A stretch of 64,000 nucleotides of DNA, taken from contig CAXXWC010000021.1 in assembly GCA_963668645.2 (NCBI GenBank), positions 1,504,001-1,568,000 of the forward strand, read 5' to 3'. This stretch comes from Desulfobacterales bacterium (GTDB lineage Bacteria; Desulfobacterota; Desulfobacteria; Desulfobacterales; UBA2174). Both the position numbers and the translations under genes were made by a program. This document shows, one piece after another, positions 9,632 to 20,083 of this stretch. Positions within the stretch are counted from its first letter, which is position 1. Each line of letters starts with the position of its first letter. Under the pieces are notes generated by a model. It ran no database searches and was not told the DNA's origin. It was given only the letters and a program-made list of their open reading frames with translations.

Positions 9632-10507
9632 TTGGTTGTTATCCTTGAAACGCTTTTTATTTTGACAGCTATAGAAAAAAGCTATAATCGGTGCTTATGT
9701 GGTGGAGACGTCCATCCAATTCAGTACCGTGATCAGTTTTCCAAAAATTGCCTGCTGGTTTGTGAAGAATGCGGTATGATTCGTATTGATGCCGTTCCAT
9801 CCCAGACGCAACTTTGCGATTTTTATCAATATAGTTATAGCAAGAATCGTTGTTACTATGTGAATGATAGCTACATGAAGATCATGAGGCGTAGAGCTGA
9901 AGCTCAATGCAAATTCATTTCTAAGCATATTCAATTAGAGCGGGCGAGCATTATCGATTTTGGATGCGGCTATGGTAGACTACTAGATGTTCTGCGCCAA
10001 AGAGGCGCTACCACCTATGCATCTGATTATGACCCCTTTTGCATAGACTTAGCAAAAAGCCGAGGCCACAAAATTATAGCTCCGGACATTCTCAATAACC
10101 AGTACTCGCAGAAAAGATGGGATTTAGTTTGCCTGAGCCATGTCTTGGAGCACCTCCAAAACCCGAAAGATTTCCTATGCCGATTAAGAAATTGCTCTAC
10201 ATTTGTTTTTGTCGAGGTCCCTAAATACGAAAGATCATGTCATGAACAATTTATCGATCAGGAAGGCCATCTCTGGTTTTTTAATGAGAAGGGACTAAGA
10301 GGACTGATTTCAGCAGCTGGTTTTAATATAGTTTCAATGATAACAGTTGGGCCACCACTACGATTTTTCTGGTCTAATTCCCCTCTAATCAAGCTCATTA
10401 TTTCCTTCCTTAGAAGCGCGGCGCGTGACTATTTTTTCAACATGTACAACGTCCACAATCCTTATGGTATGTGGATAAGACTGATTGCGAGGATAAGAAA
10501 GCTATGA
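9632..10507 (+). CDS. Class I SAM-dependent methyltransferase with an N-terminal Cys (Zn-ribbon-like) motif
   Basis: CLCG...CEECG, IIDFGCGYG and HVLEHL motifs; TTG start is uncertain. Confidence 0.82.
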   Translation: MVVILETLFILTAIEKSYNRCLCGGDVHPIQYRDQFSKNCLLVCEECGMIRIDAVPSQTQLCDFYQYSYSKNRCYYVNDSYMKIMRRRAEAQCKFISKHIQLERASIIDFGCGYGRLLDVLRQRGATTYASDYDPFCIDLAKSRGHKIIAPDILNNQYSQKRWDLVCLSHVLEHLQNPKDFLCRLRNCSTFVFVEVPKYERSCHEQFIDQEGHLWFFNEKGLRGLISAAGFNIVSMITVGPPLRFFWSNSPLIKLIISFLRSAARDYFFNMYNVHNPYGMWIRLIARIRKL

Positions 10508-11214
10508 GCACTATTGCAATAATACCCGCGCGATCCGGTAGCAAAGGCATTAGAGGCAAAAATTTGCTGCGGATTTTGGATCGCTCACTAGTTGAATGGT
10601 CAGTGTTTCATGCAAAGCGCGCACAAACAGTAGATCGCGTCCTCGTATCAACCGACTCCGAAGAGATTCGGAACATTGCATTAGCTGCTGGAGCTGAGGC
10701 ACCATTTTTACGGCCTTCAGCACTTGCCGAAGATGATGTGCTAGATCACCCCGTCTTTGTGCATGTGCTTGATTGGATCAAATCAAACGAAAACGATATC
10801 CCTGAAATCGTTGTCCACCTGAGACCCACAGCGCCCTACCGGAAAAATGGGTGGATTGATGAGGCTGTTTCTACACTGTTGAATAACCCCAAAGCTGATG
10901 CGGTCCGTTCAGTCTCAGAAGTCATACAACATCCCTACAGAGTGTTTGAACGAGACCAAGATGGTTTTCTTATCCCTATTATGCTAAACAGACATCCTTC
11001 TCCAGCTCTGCTGCGTCGTCAAGAACTACCGAAAATGTACTACTATAATTGCGTAATTGATGTCACCCGCTCGAAAACGATTTTAGAGAAGCGCTCAATG
11101 ACCGGAGATCATCTTGCCCCTTGGGTAATGGCAGCCGAAGATGTTATAGATATTGACACACCTCGGGATTTTGCTTTTGCCAAATGGTTTATTAGCCGGA
11201 GATATCAATCATGA
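10504..11214 (+). CDS. Acylneuraminate cytidylyltransferase family (NeuA-like)
   Basis: IIPARSGSKGIRGKN, VSTDSEEI, LRPTAPYR, RRQELP and DIDTPRDF motifs. Confidence 0.92.
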   Translation: MSTIAIIPARSGSKGIRGKNLLRILDRSLVEWSVFHAKRAQTVDRVLVSTDSEEIRNIALAAGAEAPFLRPSALAEDDVLDHPVFVHVLDWIKSNENDIPEIVVHLRPTAPYRKNGWIDEAVSTLLNNPKADAVRSVSEVIQHPYRVFERDQDGFLIPIMLNRHPSPALLRRQELPKMYYYNCVIDVTRSKTILEKRSMTGDHLAPWVMAAEDVIDIDTPRDFAFAKWFISRRYQS

Positions 11215-12368
11215 AATTACTAATCCTCGGTGCTGGCATGTATGTTACAGGACGCCATTTCACTGATGCCGGCACTGTTTTGACTTCAGCCATTCAAGTC
11301 TTAGCGAAGGAAAAGCAAAACGAAATTACAGTTTGTGCAACATCTCCATACAACTCCGTAATAGTTGATGATGCGGCAGAAAGAATTCAAGAAGCCCTTG
11401 GCCTTTCCATTAATGTTAACTACATCAGTTACGATGGCACAACCGAATCACTTGCAAAAATTGTTCGTGAGCGCGCTATTAATGTAGCGATCGTAGCTAC
11501 TCCAGACCATTTGCATTTTGAGCAAGTTAAAACTCTCCTTGAATTGGGCATACACTGCCTTTGTGTAAAACCTTTGGTCCCAACAGTGAAGCAGCATTCT
11601 ATATTGACGGCGTTAGCCGATAAAAATTTCCTCCTTGGCGTAATCGAGTTTCACAAGCGATGGGATGAATCCAATCTCCTCGCGAAGAAGTATATTTCTG
11701 ATCAGAAATTAGGAACCATTCACAATATTTCAGTCAACTACAGCCAGCGATTGATGATTCCTTGTAAAATCTTCGAGGGTTGGGTTAGACATACAAACAT
11801 CTTCCAATATCTTGGTATTCATTATGTTGATTTGATCTTATGGTTGACCGAATCGAAACCTCTCAGGCTATGCGCCCTTGGAACTCATGGCATTTTGAAC
11901 GACAGGGGCATCGACACCTGGGATTCTGTTCATGTATGGCTTGTATTACGACGCCAACATGGTGAAGAATTTCTCTCACAATTTAATCTTTCCTGGATCG
12001 ACTCTGATTCGTCGCCAGCTTTGTCCAATCAGCATTTTTCTATTCTCGGATCTGAAGGGCGACTTGAAATTGATCAGAGCAATCGCGGCATCAGTGCGAC
12101 CTTAGTCAACCAGCCGATGCAGCATCTAAATCCTTGGTTTTCTGAGATTCTGCCCTCTCCTGACGGTCGTTCCGAGATGCAAGGTTATGGTTTTAAAAGC
12201 ATCGCCCAGTTTTTGAAAGATACACGACAAATCATCGATTACAAGGAGAACGCTTCAAGTTTCATTGGACGGAGGCCAACCTTCCATGATTGCATCGCTT
12301 CTACCCAGGTGATTGAGGCAGTCAATCACTGTCTAAAGGATAGTATCAATGACTTCATCGATTTATAA
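11211..12368 (+). CDS. Gfo/Idh/MocA family oxidoreductase
   Basis: Rossmann ILGAGM, VATPDHLH, LCVKP and HYVD motifs; ATGA-coupled to the upstream gene. Confidence 0.85.
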   Translation: MKLLILGAGMYVTGRHFTDAGTVLTSAIQVLAKEKQNEITVCATSPYNSVIVDDAAERIQEALGLSINVNYISYDGTTESLAKIVRERAINVAIVATPDHLHFEQVKTLLELGIHCLCVKPLVPTVKQHSILTALADKNFLLGVIEFHKRWDESNLLAKKYISDQKLGTIHNISVNYSQRLMIPCKIFEGWVRHTNIFQYLGIHYVDLILWLTESKPLRLCALGTHGILNDRGIDTWDSVHVWLVLRRQHGEEFLSQFNLSWIDSDSSPALSNQHFSILGSEGRLEIDQSNRGISATLVNQPMQHLNPWFSEILPSPDGRSEMQGYGFKSIAQFLKDTRQIIDYKENASSFIGRRPTFHDCIASTQVIEAVNHCLKDSINDFIDL

Positions 12369-13395
12369 ATACAACCCTCTTTCTCTAAGGCAATGGATGA
12401 TGGAGCAACTCAAAAGCCGCGGCGTTTCAGTAGATATAGCCGCTCACGTGGTTGGCTCCGTCATAGAAACTTCATTGCGCGGCGTTGATTCTCATGGCAT
12501 CAATTTGTTTCCTCATTATTGCGAAGTAGCTCAATCTGGCAGAATCAAATTAAAACCAAAACTCGAGCGATTCCGTTTAAGCCCATCACTGTCGATCTTA
12601 GACGCTGATTCGACCTTTGGGCACCATGCAGGCGCTATAGCAATGTCTTATGCCCAGGAACTTGCGTCAGAGACCGGTTTCGCACTTGTTAATGTTAAAA
12701 ATTCAAGCCATTTTGGATCCGCCGCATATTTTGCGTTAAGAGCCGCCCGCGATGATTACATAGCCTTCGCATTTACAAATGCTGACGCACTCGTAAAAGC
12801 ACATAATGCTAAACACTCATTTTTTGGTACCAATCCAATTTGTTTTACAGCTCCGTTAACTAATGAGGAGCCTTTATGCCTTGACATGGCGACTAGTTCG
12901 GTATCCTGGAATCGAATCAAAAACTGCCGTTTGGAGGATTGCTTATTGGAACCTGGGTTAGCTTTCGATTCGGAAGGCAATTCTCTAACTGATCCCCATA
13001 AAGCAGTCTCCTTAGCGCCGATAGGAGCATATAAAGGATTTGGTCTCGGAATGATGGTTGAGATAATTTGCTCCCTAATGACTGGCAGTCCAATAGGCAA
13101 AGATATCGCACCCATGTTCCAGTCTATCTCACAACCCCGGCAAATTAGTCATGCATTTATTGCTATAGATGTATCCAAGATAATTCCCATCGATCAGTTC
13201 AAGAGTCAATTAACTCGCATGGTTCTTCGTATTCGCTCAATGGAGAAGTTTAGTATAGAGGAAGTGATGGTACCCGGAGACCCTGAAAAGAAGTTTTTTA
13301 AACAGCGCTCAGCAACTGGGATCCCCATTAATTCTTTCTTTCATGAAGCCTTTCGTCGAATTCATCCGAGCATCGAGAATCATATTATGAAATAG
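12349..13395 (+). CDS. Ldh_2 family oxidoreductase (AllD/ComC-like 2-hydroxyacid dehydrogenase)
   Basis: LRGVDSHG, SSHFG, GTNPI, LDMATS, YKGFGL and VPGDPE motifs. Confidence 0.9.
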   Translation: MTSSIYKYNPLSLRQWMMEQLKSRGVSVDIAAHVVGSVIETSLRGVDSHGINLFPHYCEVAQSGRIKLKPKLERFRLSPSLSILDADSTFGHHAGAIAMSYAQELASETGFALVNVKNSSHFGSAAYFALRAARDDYIAFAFTNADALVKAHNAKHSFFGTNPICFTAPLTNEEPLCLDMATSSVSWNRIKNCRLEDCLLEPGLAFDSEGNSLTDPHKAVSLAPIGAYKGFGLGMMVEIICSLMTGSPIGKDIAPMFQSISQPRQISHAFIAIDVSKIIPIDQFKSQLTRMVLRIRSMEKFSIEEVMVPGDPEKKFFKQRSATGIPINSFFHEAFRRIHPSIENHIMK

Positions 13396-13405
13396 AGATA
13401 TTATT

Positions 13406-14527
13406 ATGTCCGTACTTTACGATATTGTCAATTTCAACAGTGATGCTTCCTGCCTCGATTCTTTTCACTGGCTCAGTATTCTCCATGGAGGCGAGCGATC
13501 ACAACTATTTCGTTGGTTGAGGCTTTTCATCGATCATGAGAAACCAGTGTCAATCGGTTTTACTGGGGCGACACTTGCCGATATCAATGCATTTAATCCA
13601 GAAGCACTGAAGCTGCTTCGAAACTACCCTGATATTTTCCAAATCCTTTCTAGACCCTTTGCTCACGATCTTCCTTTTTTCAGAACTGAAAAGGGTTTTT
13701 GCTTGAACTTGACCCTTGGACAACGTACCGCCAAGAACCTGATAGGACGTTTCAGCCAGCTATATCTTCCTCCTGAGTTCATGCAAACTAATAGGCAAAC
13801 GGCTTTGCTGGCAGAACATGGAGTGAAAGCAACCTTCATTATGGAGTCTCGTTTCAAAGACAGGGATAGGAAACGAATTCCCATAGAACCATATGTTTTA
13901 AAAGGGATTCCGGAAGGACATTTGATCTGTATTCCGGTTACTGGAAATTTGACCAACGCATATTTAAAGACCATCCAACGTCTCGATTCAACGATATGGT
14001 ATAAGGCTATAAGTCCCAACGAATCTTCACTTATTTGGCGGGATGGAGAGAGTTCTTTCCTTCTGCCGGATGGTCTAGAGCGAGAAAAATATTGGCTCTT
14101 ATGCTCAAGAGAAGTCCGTCGGCATCTTGTTGTCCCCGATATAAATAAACTTTTGTGCTACGAAAATGGCTACCCAGTCCATCCGTTTTCAGCTTGGCTA
14201 AATGAAATGAGTATGCTGTGGTTTATTCAAAGAGTATGTCAATTGGAAAATCGTGTAATCAATTCTATGTCTGCGTTGGATATTTCCCGATGGCTTCACT
14301 GCATCAACTCGGATATCTTGTCATCCGTTGAGAAAGATTCGCCAATAGTGCAGCTACGTGCTTTCAATAACGACTCCATAGGCACTTATTGCATCCAACG
14401 CAGCAATCGTGGTCTTGAAGGCGAAGCATTGTTGGAAATTGCCGATAAAGGAGGAATGATTTCTGGCGACCACATTTGGCAAAAGAAAGCGATAATCCGT
14501 GAAAAACTCGTTTATGAGCTGCTTTGA
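13406..14527 (+). CDS. Hypothetical protein, possible GH57/polysaccharide-deacetylase-like fold
   Basis: 373-aa ORF in the operon; RPFAHDL, YLPPEFM and WRDGES echo GH57 motifs. Weak assignment. Confidence 0.5.
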   Translation: MSVLYDIVNFNSDASCLDSFHWLSILHGGERSQLFRWLRLFIDHEKPVSIGFTGATLADINAFNPEALKLLRNYPDIFQILSRPFAHDLPFFRTEKGFCLNLTLGQRTAKNLIGRFSQLYLPPEFMQTNRQTALLAEHGVKATFIMESRFKDRDRKRIPIEPYVLKGIPEGHLICIPVTGNLTNAYLKTIQRLDSTIWYKAISPNESSLIWRDGESSFLLPDGLEREKYWLLCSREVRRHLVVPDINKLLCYENGYPVHPFSAWLNEMSMLWFIQRVCQLENRVINSMSALDISRWLHCINSDILSSVEKDSPIVQLRAFNNDSIGTYCIQRSNRGLEGEALLEIADKGGMISGDHIWQKKAIIREKLVYELL

Positions 14528-15971
14528 TACCCTTGACTCTCTTCCCGAATTTGCGGATGCCGTTTTCGTTCTAAATCAAGAGGCCGAGTTCGGCATACTC
14601 AAAAAAATATTCGATCGCCATTGTATCAGGCGGGCAGTCATCGTTACAAGCCATGCCCCATTCCCTGATGAGCAAAAGGCTCTGCAACAAACCCTTGATC
14701 CGGTTCTGTTGCATTGGATACCAATGTCATGGTTACTGACAGATAGAATGATGGAAGATTGCGATAACATAGCAGTTGATGAATTAACAACCGCCAATCG
14801 ACGTTTAAACACATCCTCTTTTTTAAAACGTTCTCGTTTCCTGCGCAACCAACTGGCCTGCATTCGTATAAGGGAGCGGTTGCGATGGCGCCACTGTTTC
14901 GCATCCAATGGTTTAGGCGTCGTTCTAAGCGCTTGGAAGGGCGCTTTGGCTCTCAGCCCAGCAACCGCCTATTATAGAAATACTATTGGGTCGATGATGC
15001 CGCGCTTAATGAAACAGATACAGGGCATTCGAAAAAAGGATTCGATCGAAGTTGTCTCAAACGAAGAAGAAGCATTTGCATTCATTGGTGGGCCAGTGAA
15101 TCGTTTACGTTTCAGAGCTGGGACACAGACACATAAAATTGAAGCATCCACTTTTCATTTCAAAACTACATATAATCAGAAATTAGTCGTTAGTCTGTTT
15201 AGAATTGCTTCCCGCAAATTTTCCTTTTTACCTATAAATATTGCAACAACCGTCCATAATTTCTCTCCTTGGATGCTTGACAGTTTCCCTGGGATAATGG
15301 TTTTTGTCGACGGCTTCCACCCTCCGAACTACCCCGTCAGTTATGGAGCAGCATATCGTGGAGCGCGAATTGTATCGCGGGAGGATAGCGATCGTCTCTG
15401 GTTCAAGAAATGTGGCTGTACTGTCATACAGGCACCATCTATTATAGAGCCCGATGCACCCTACCGTTATGCCTATGCTCAGAAACGAAAAGGCATGCAA
15501 AATGTTTGCCTGATGCTCAACCACGCCGGCGACTGGAGTGCTCTGATAGATCGATCGGACACCGACCTTGCGGTGATGACCTTTGCGGAAGGGGCATCAA
15601 GGCTTCCAAGTTTAAAGTTCCGCATCCGGCCGCACCCGACTATGGCGAATCCAGCCCACGAAGGCATTCGAAGCCTGCAACGACTGAAACACTGGGCACA
15701 GAAGGTGAGGTGTTCGAATCTTAGCTTCAGCCAAGAGACTCTGGCCAATGATTTGGCATGGGCGGATTGTTGCGTTAGTGAATATTCAGCTATTTTGGTT
15801 GATTGTTTCAATTCTGGAAAGAACTGCATCGCGCTTAATCCCACCAACCGTAGAAGCTTTCTTGATCACTTGCGCCCGATAGGATTGCCAATAGCTCATA
15901 ATTCTGAAGATCTTGTCTTTTCGCTAAAAGCAATAGCCAGTAAATCGGAAACTTTACTGCCTATTTTCTAA
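14514..15971 (+). CDS. Hypothetical protein, possible GT-B/capsule-biosynthesis-type transferase
   Basis: Long ORF overlapping the previous gene; C-terminal FRIRPHP and ADCCVSEYSA resemble the KxHP...S motifs of GT-B CMP/CDP-donor transferases. Confidence 0.55.
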   Translation: MSCFDTLDSLPEFADAVFVLNQEAEFGILKKIFDRHCIRRAVIVTSHAPFPDEQKALQQTLDPVLLHWIPMSWLLTDRMMEDCDNIAVDELTTANRRLNTSSFLKRSRFLRNQLACIRIRERLRWRHCFASNGLGVVLSAWKGALALSPATAYYRNTIGSMMPRLMKQIQGIRKKDSIEVVSNEEEAFAFIGGPVNRLRFRAGTQTHKIEASTFHFKTTYNQKLVVSLFRIASRKFSFLPINIATTVHNFSPWMLDSFPGIMVFVDGFHPPNYPVSYGAAYRGARIVSREDSDRLWFKKCGCTVIQAPSIIEPDAPYRYAYAQKRKGMQNVCLMLNHAGDWSALIDRSDTDLAVMTFAEGASRLPSLKFRIRPHPTMANPAHEGIRSLQRLKHWAQKVRCSNLSFSQETLANDLAWADCCVSEYSAILVDCFNSGKNCIALNPTNRRSFLDHLRPIGLPIAHNSEDLVFSLKAIASKSETLLPIF

Positions 15972-16012
15972 AATTTGTGGTTGAGCCTAAGGTGGTTTGC
16001 AGCAAATTTATT

Positions 16013-16843
16013 ATGCGAGTGCAGAATCTTACATTGATTTCTCATTTTATCCTTAGAGCACGTTCTCTTTTCAGAAGGCATAGGTATGGTCTGATTGGCA
16101 ACTACACTGACTGGATCCAAGCAAAAGCACATAGCGACGGATACGCGGCCGAGATTATCTTGCAGAAAACTACAGCAGCCCTTCGCAGGGTTAAGATAGG
16201 CGAGTTTGCCTGTGAACGAGACACAGTCCTCTTTCACAAAGTCCAATATTCATGGCCTCTCTTAGCCGGATTGATGTGGGTGGCCGCACGTAACACCGGA
16301 CGGCTGAATGTACTTGATGTGGGTGGATCTTTGGGGAGTACCTATTTTCAGAACCGTACATTTCTTGATGGGCTAGACTTTGTTCGATGGAACATCGTTG
16401 AACAACTCGGGCATGTTAAGGTGGGCCAGCGCGAATTTCAGGATAAACGGCTTCACTTTTATGAAACGATTGCGGCCTGTCTTGAGCAGACGTCGCCCGA
16501 CTTGGTCCTCCTGTGCTCGGTGCTTCAGTATTTGGAACATCCTTACAATATGATCGATTCACTGCTAAATATCCCCTGCCGGTTTCTAATCATCGACCGC
16601 ACTCCGTTCTGGGATGGCGCTGCAGATCGTTTATCGGTGCAGAAGGTGCCAGCAGAGATATATCCTGCCAGCTACCCAAGCTGGATTTTTTCAACGCAAC
16701 AGTTTCATTCGCATTTGGCTCTGAATTGGGACGTGGTAACAGAATTTGATAGCCAAGATCGATTGCCTGCACCGGTGCCTTTGACCTACAGAGGCCTAAT
16801 CGCCACCCGCAGGCAGAGCCTAAACCAAGCTTTTTGCGGCTAG
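16013..16843 (+). CDS. Methyltransferase, TIGR04325-like
   Basis: FACERDTVLF, VLDVGGSLGSTYFQNR, WNIVEQ, SVLQYLEHP and ASYPSW motifs. Confidence 0.85.
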   Translation: MRVQNLTLISHFILRARSLFRRHRYGLIGNYTDWIQAKAHSDGYAAEIILQKTTAALRRVKIGEFACERDTVLFHKVQYSWPLLAGLMWVAARNTGRLNVLDVGGSLGSTYFQNRTFLDGLDFVRWNIVEQLGHVKVGQREFQDKRLHFYETIAACLEQTSPDLVLLCSVLQYLEHPYNMIDSLLNIPCRFLIIDRTPFWDGAADRLSVQKVPAEIYPASYPSWIFSTQQFHSHLALNWDVVTEFDSQDRLPAPVPLTYRGLIATRRQSLNQAFCG

Positions 16844-17164
16844 TAAAATACCCTTCGTTTACCCAGCTATGGCAGAAATTCCAGCTTTTGAAAAAGGGAA
16901 ATGAATTCATAGGAACTGATGACCACTTCTCTTAACATTATATGCAAACAGCCGATTCTTCTTCTCCGTCCCGCTATCGCCCGAGCCAAGACCGCCTTGC
17001 CTCTTGCCCAAACTTCGCGCTTCGTTTGGTTTAGCTGCCTTTGTCAAGATCTCCACCGAATAGCCTGCAGAATTCTCTACTTCGCACAGCGTCTTGTTTT
17101 CGGGAACCGAAAACCCGTTGACCGCCTCGATCCACGGTAAAATCATTCAACCATTGGAACTGCT

Positions 17165-17975
17165 TTGAAGGCTTCAGTCTGGCATATCGTTAAGTTTCGG
17201 CTCATCGGCTACTACAGGCACCAGCAATGATGCATCCGGGTGTCAGTGCTATGCTCTTCAACCCGTATTACTTCGCCAGGAAAGGTCTTTCCGTAAGCAT
17301 CCGGGAACTAGCTCAAAACATGGATGGAAACATCCTCGATATTGGCTGTGGGACTAAACCTTATGCGGCGTTCTGCCGATCGCGCAATATCGTCGGGCTT
17401 GAAATTGGGAAAGATCCTATCCAATCGCACCGGGCTGATGTTTATTATGGTGGAGGCACACTTCCTTTTCGCGACCAAGCATTCCGGGAACTAGCTCAAA
17501 ACATGGATGGTTATGCTTAACCAGGTCTTGGAACATGTTTTCGATCCATGTTTTCGATTTTTTGATTCGCGAAATCCACCGGGTACTTAAGTCGGAAGGG
17601 TCTGTTCTTTTGACTGTGCCTATGTTGTGGGGCGAGCATGAAAAGCCTCGCGACTGTGCCCGCTATACCTCCTTTGGCATCAGACGCCTTATGGAGCGTA
17701 ACGGCTTTACAGTAACTCATCAGCGTAAAGTCACCACTGGAGTGCGCGCCCTGTTCGCTTTGGCCTGCGCCGGCATTTATGAGCGTGTTGCATGCAGAAG
17801 CTCGAAAACCAATATAGTCGCCGCCCTCCTGTGTTGCATCCCTTTGAACATCTCAGGAGCGATTCTCCACTGGTTGATTCCTACCACTGAGGACATTTAT
17901 CTGGACAACATAATTCTGGGGAAAAAATGCAAAGAGCAAAGAACAGTACAAACTATACCGGATTGCGTGTGCTGA
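17165..17975 (+). pseudogene. Class I SAM methyltransferase broken by internal duplications and frameshifts
   Basis: ORF 17227-17520 (NPYYFARKGL, ILDIGCGTKPY, LPF) and ORF 17535-17975 (EIHRVLK, LTVP, RYT) are halves of one gene; the LNQVLEHVF motif lies between them in a third frame. Start is approximate. Confidence 0.82.
17300..17510 (+). repeat. 28-bp exact direct repeat inside the pseudogene
   Basis: TCCGGGAACTAGCTCAAAACATGGATGG at 17300-17327 and 17483-17510. Confidence 0.95.
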
Positions 17976-18925
17976 TTACAGGCGGCTTGGGGTTTATCGG
18001 ATCAGCATTGGCACATCGGCTGGTCGATGCAGGAGCACGGATCACGATCATTGACAGCCTAATCCCCGAATACGGTGGCAATAGGTTCAACGTCTCCGAC
18101 ATCGCTGACCGGGTATCAGTTAACATCACCGACGTCCGCGACCCCTACAGCATGAAGTGCCTCGTTGAAGGTGTTGACCTGTTGTACAACTTGGCCGGGC
18201 AGACCAGCCACATGGATTCTATGAGCGATCCCTTCACGGATCTGGACATCAACAGCCGCGCCCAGCTATCCATTCTCGAGGCCTGCCGGGAACGCAATCC
18301 TGAGGTTAAAATTGTCTATGCCAGCACCCGACAAATCTACGGCAAGCCGCAGTACCTGCCTGTAGATGAATCTCATCCCCTACAGCCCGTAGATGTCAAT
18401 GGCATCAATAAATTGGCTGGTGAACAATTCCACCGCTTGTACAACGACGTTTACGGCATCCGCACATGCGTCCTACGCTTGACAAACACCATCGGACCGC
18501 GAATGCGCATAAAAGATGCCCGGCAGACCTTTCTCGGCATTTGGATACGTTCCCTATTGGAAGGGCAGCCCATCGATGTCTGGGGCGGAAATCAATTGAG
18601 AGACTTCACTGATGTAAACGATTGTGTGGAAGCGCTCCTTTTTGCGGGCAGTTCATCTGCTGCCGACGGGCAGGTTTTTAATCTTGGCGGCAACGGCGTC
18701 ATAAACCTTAAAGACCTTGCGGCCTTGATGATCGAAATCAACGGCTTCGGAAGCATGACAATCAAAACGTTTCCTGGCGACCGCAAGAAAATCGACATCG
18801 GGGACTACTATGCCGACTGTAGCCGAATCCGGGATGTTCTCGGATGGGTGCCGCGAACTCCCATCCGCCAGACTCTTCAAGACATTCTCGACTACTACCG
18901 TCAACACATGGAGCATTATCGATGA
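17927..18925 (+). CDS. NAD-dependent epimerase/dehydratase
   Basis: ITGGLGFIG, NLAGQTSH, ASTRQIYG, NKLAGE and RDFTDV motifs. Confidence 0.93.
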   Translation: MQRAKNSTNYTGLRVLITGGLGFIGSALAHRLVDAGARITIIDSLIPEYGGNRFNVSDIADRVSVNITDVRDPYSMKCLVEGVDLLYNLAGQTSHMDSMSDPFTDLDINSRAQLSILEACRERNPEVKIVYASTRQIYGKPQYLPVDESHPLQPVDVNGINKLAGEQFHRLYNDVYGIRTCVLRLTNTIGPRMRIKDARQTFLGIWIRSLLEGQPIDVWGGNQLRDFTDVNDCVEALLFAGSSSAADGQVFNLGGNGVINLKDLAALMIEINGFGSMTIKTFPGDRKKIDIGDYYADCSRIRDVLGWVPRTPIRQTLQDILDYYRQHMEHYR

Positions 18926-20079
18926 ACCTAACCATCCCTTCCGCAAATCCGGCCGCCGGCGTACAGATCCAGAAAGCGGAAATTATGGAAGCGATCGAGC
19001 GGGTACTTGATAGTGGACGCTACATTCTCGGACCTGAGGTAGAGGCTTTCGAGAAAGCTTTTGCGACCTTGGCCAAGACCCGTTGGGGCGTCGCCGTAGC
19101 CAGCGGCACCGACGCTCTGGAAATAGCCTTGCGCGCTATCGGCATCAAATCTAATGATGCAGTAGTCACGGTCTCCCATACTTCAGTGGCGACTGTAGCG
19201 GCCATCGAACGATCTGGTGCCACACCCATTCTTATCGATATCGATCCGTACACCCAAACCCTTTGCCCTAAGTGCTTAGAGGCAATCCTGGAGAATTACC
19301 GCGATCTTCCAGGATGCCGTCGCATTCGGATAAGAGCAGTCATCCCGGTCCATCTATACGGCCATCCAGCGGACATGCCATCTATCTGCGCGATTGCATC
19401 CCGCCATGGAGTCGCCGTGATCGAAGACTGCGCCCAAGCTCATGGCGCGCATATTGACGAAAAACCCGTAGGAGGATTCGGTACGGCCGGCGCGTTTAGT
19501 TTTTATCCAACAAAGAACATTGGCGCCATAGGGGACGCCGGAATAGTTATCACCAATGACGAACCCTGCTTCTTATCCTTGTTCCAGTTGCGGCAGTACG
19601 GTTGGTCGCAGCGCTATATCAGCGAAAAGAGAGGCATTAATTCCCGTCTTGACGAATTGCAGGCAGCAATCTTGTTGGTCCGCCTGAAAAGAATGACCGA
19701 AAACATACAAAGTCGTCTCCGGATCGCCTCTCTTTATGACGAGAGGCTCCGCCCCTTCCCTGTCCACCTCCCGCCTAAGGCTCCTGTTGGTTGGCGACAT
19801 GCTTATCATCTATATGTCATTCGCACATCGGCTCGCGACGAACTTATGAAACACCTGGCTTCCCAGGGAATCGGAACGGCAGTTCACTATCCGATGCCAG
19901 TGCATCGACAGCCGGCCTATAAACATCTTTCTTCAAAGATTTCCCCTGAGGGGCTTCCGGTTACAGATGCGGTTGTCGATCAAATTCTAAGCCTCCCGAT
20001 GTACCCGGAGCTTAACAATAACCAGATCGATCGAATTTGCCACGCCATTGCCGGCTTTTTCGGCAGACCCTGGGTTTGA
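18922..20079 (+). CDS. DegT/DnrJ/EryC1/StrS sugar aminotransferase
   Basis: SGTDAL, PVHLYG, IEDCAQAHG, FSFYPTKNIG and NSRLDELQAA motifs; ATGA overlap with the upstream gene. Confidence 0.95.
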   Translation: MNLTIPSANPAAGVQIQKAEIMEAIERVLDSGRYILGPEVEAFEKAFATLAKTRWGVAVASGTDALEIALRAIGIKSNDAVVTVSHTSVATVAAIERSGATPILIDIDPYTQTLCPKCLEAILENYRDLPGCRRIRIRAVIPVHLYGHPADMPSICAIASRHGVAVIEDCAQAHGAHIDEKPVGGFGTAGAFSFYPTKNIGAIGDAGIVITNDEPCFLSLFQLRQYGWSQRYISEKRGINSRLDELQAAILLVRLKRMTENIQSRLRIASLYDERLRPFPVHLPPKAPVGWRHAYHLYVIRTSARDELMKHLASQGIGTAVHYPMPVHRQPAYKHLSSKISPEGLPVTDAVVDQILSLPMYPELNNNQIDRICHAIAGFFGRPWV

Positions 20080-20083
20080 AAAG

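Noticed and set aside
16844..17164. Short ORFs in the gap inside the glycan operon
   Set aside because: No recognisable motif or RBS. It may be a decayed remnant, but the sequence does not support a call.
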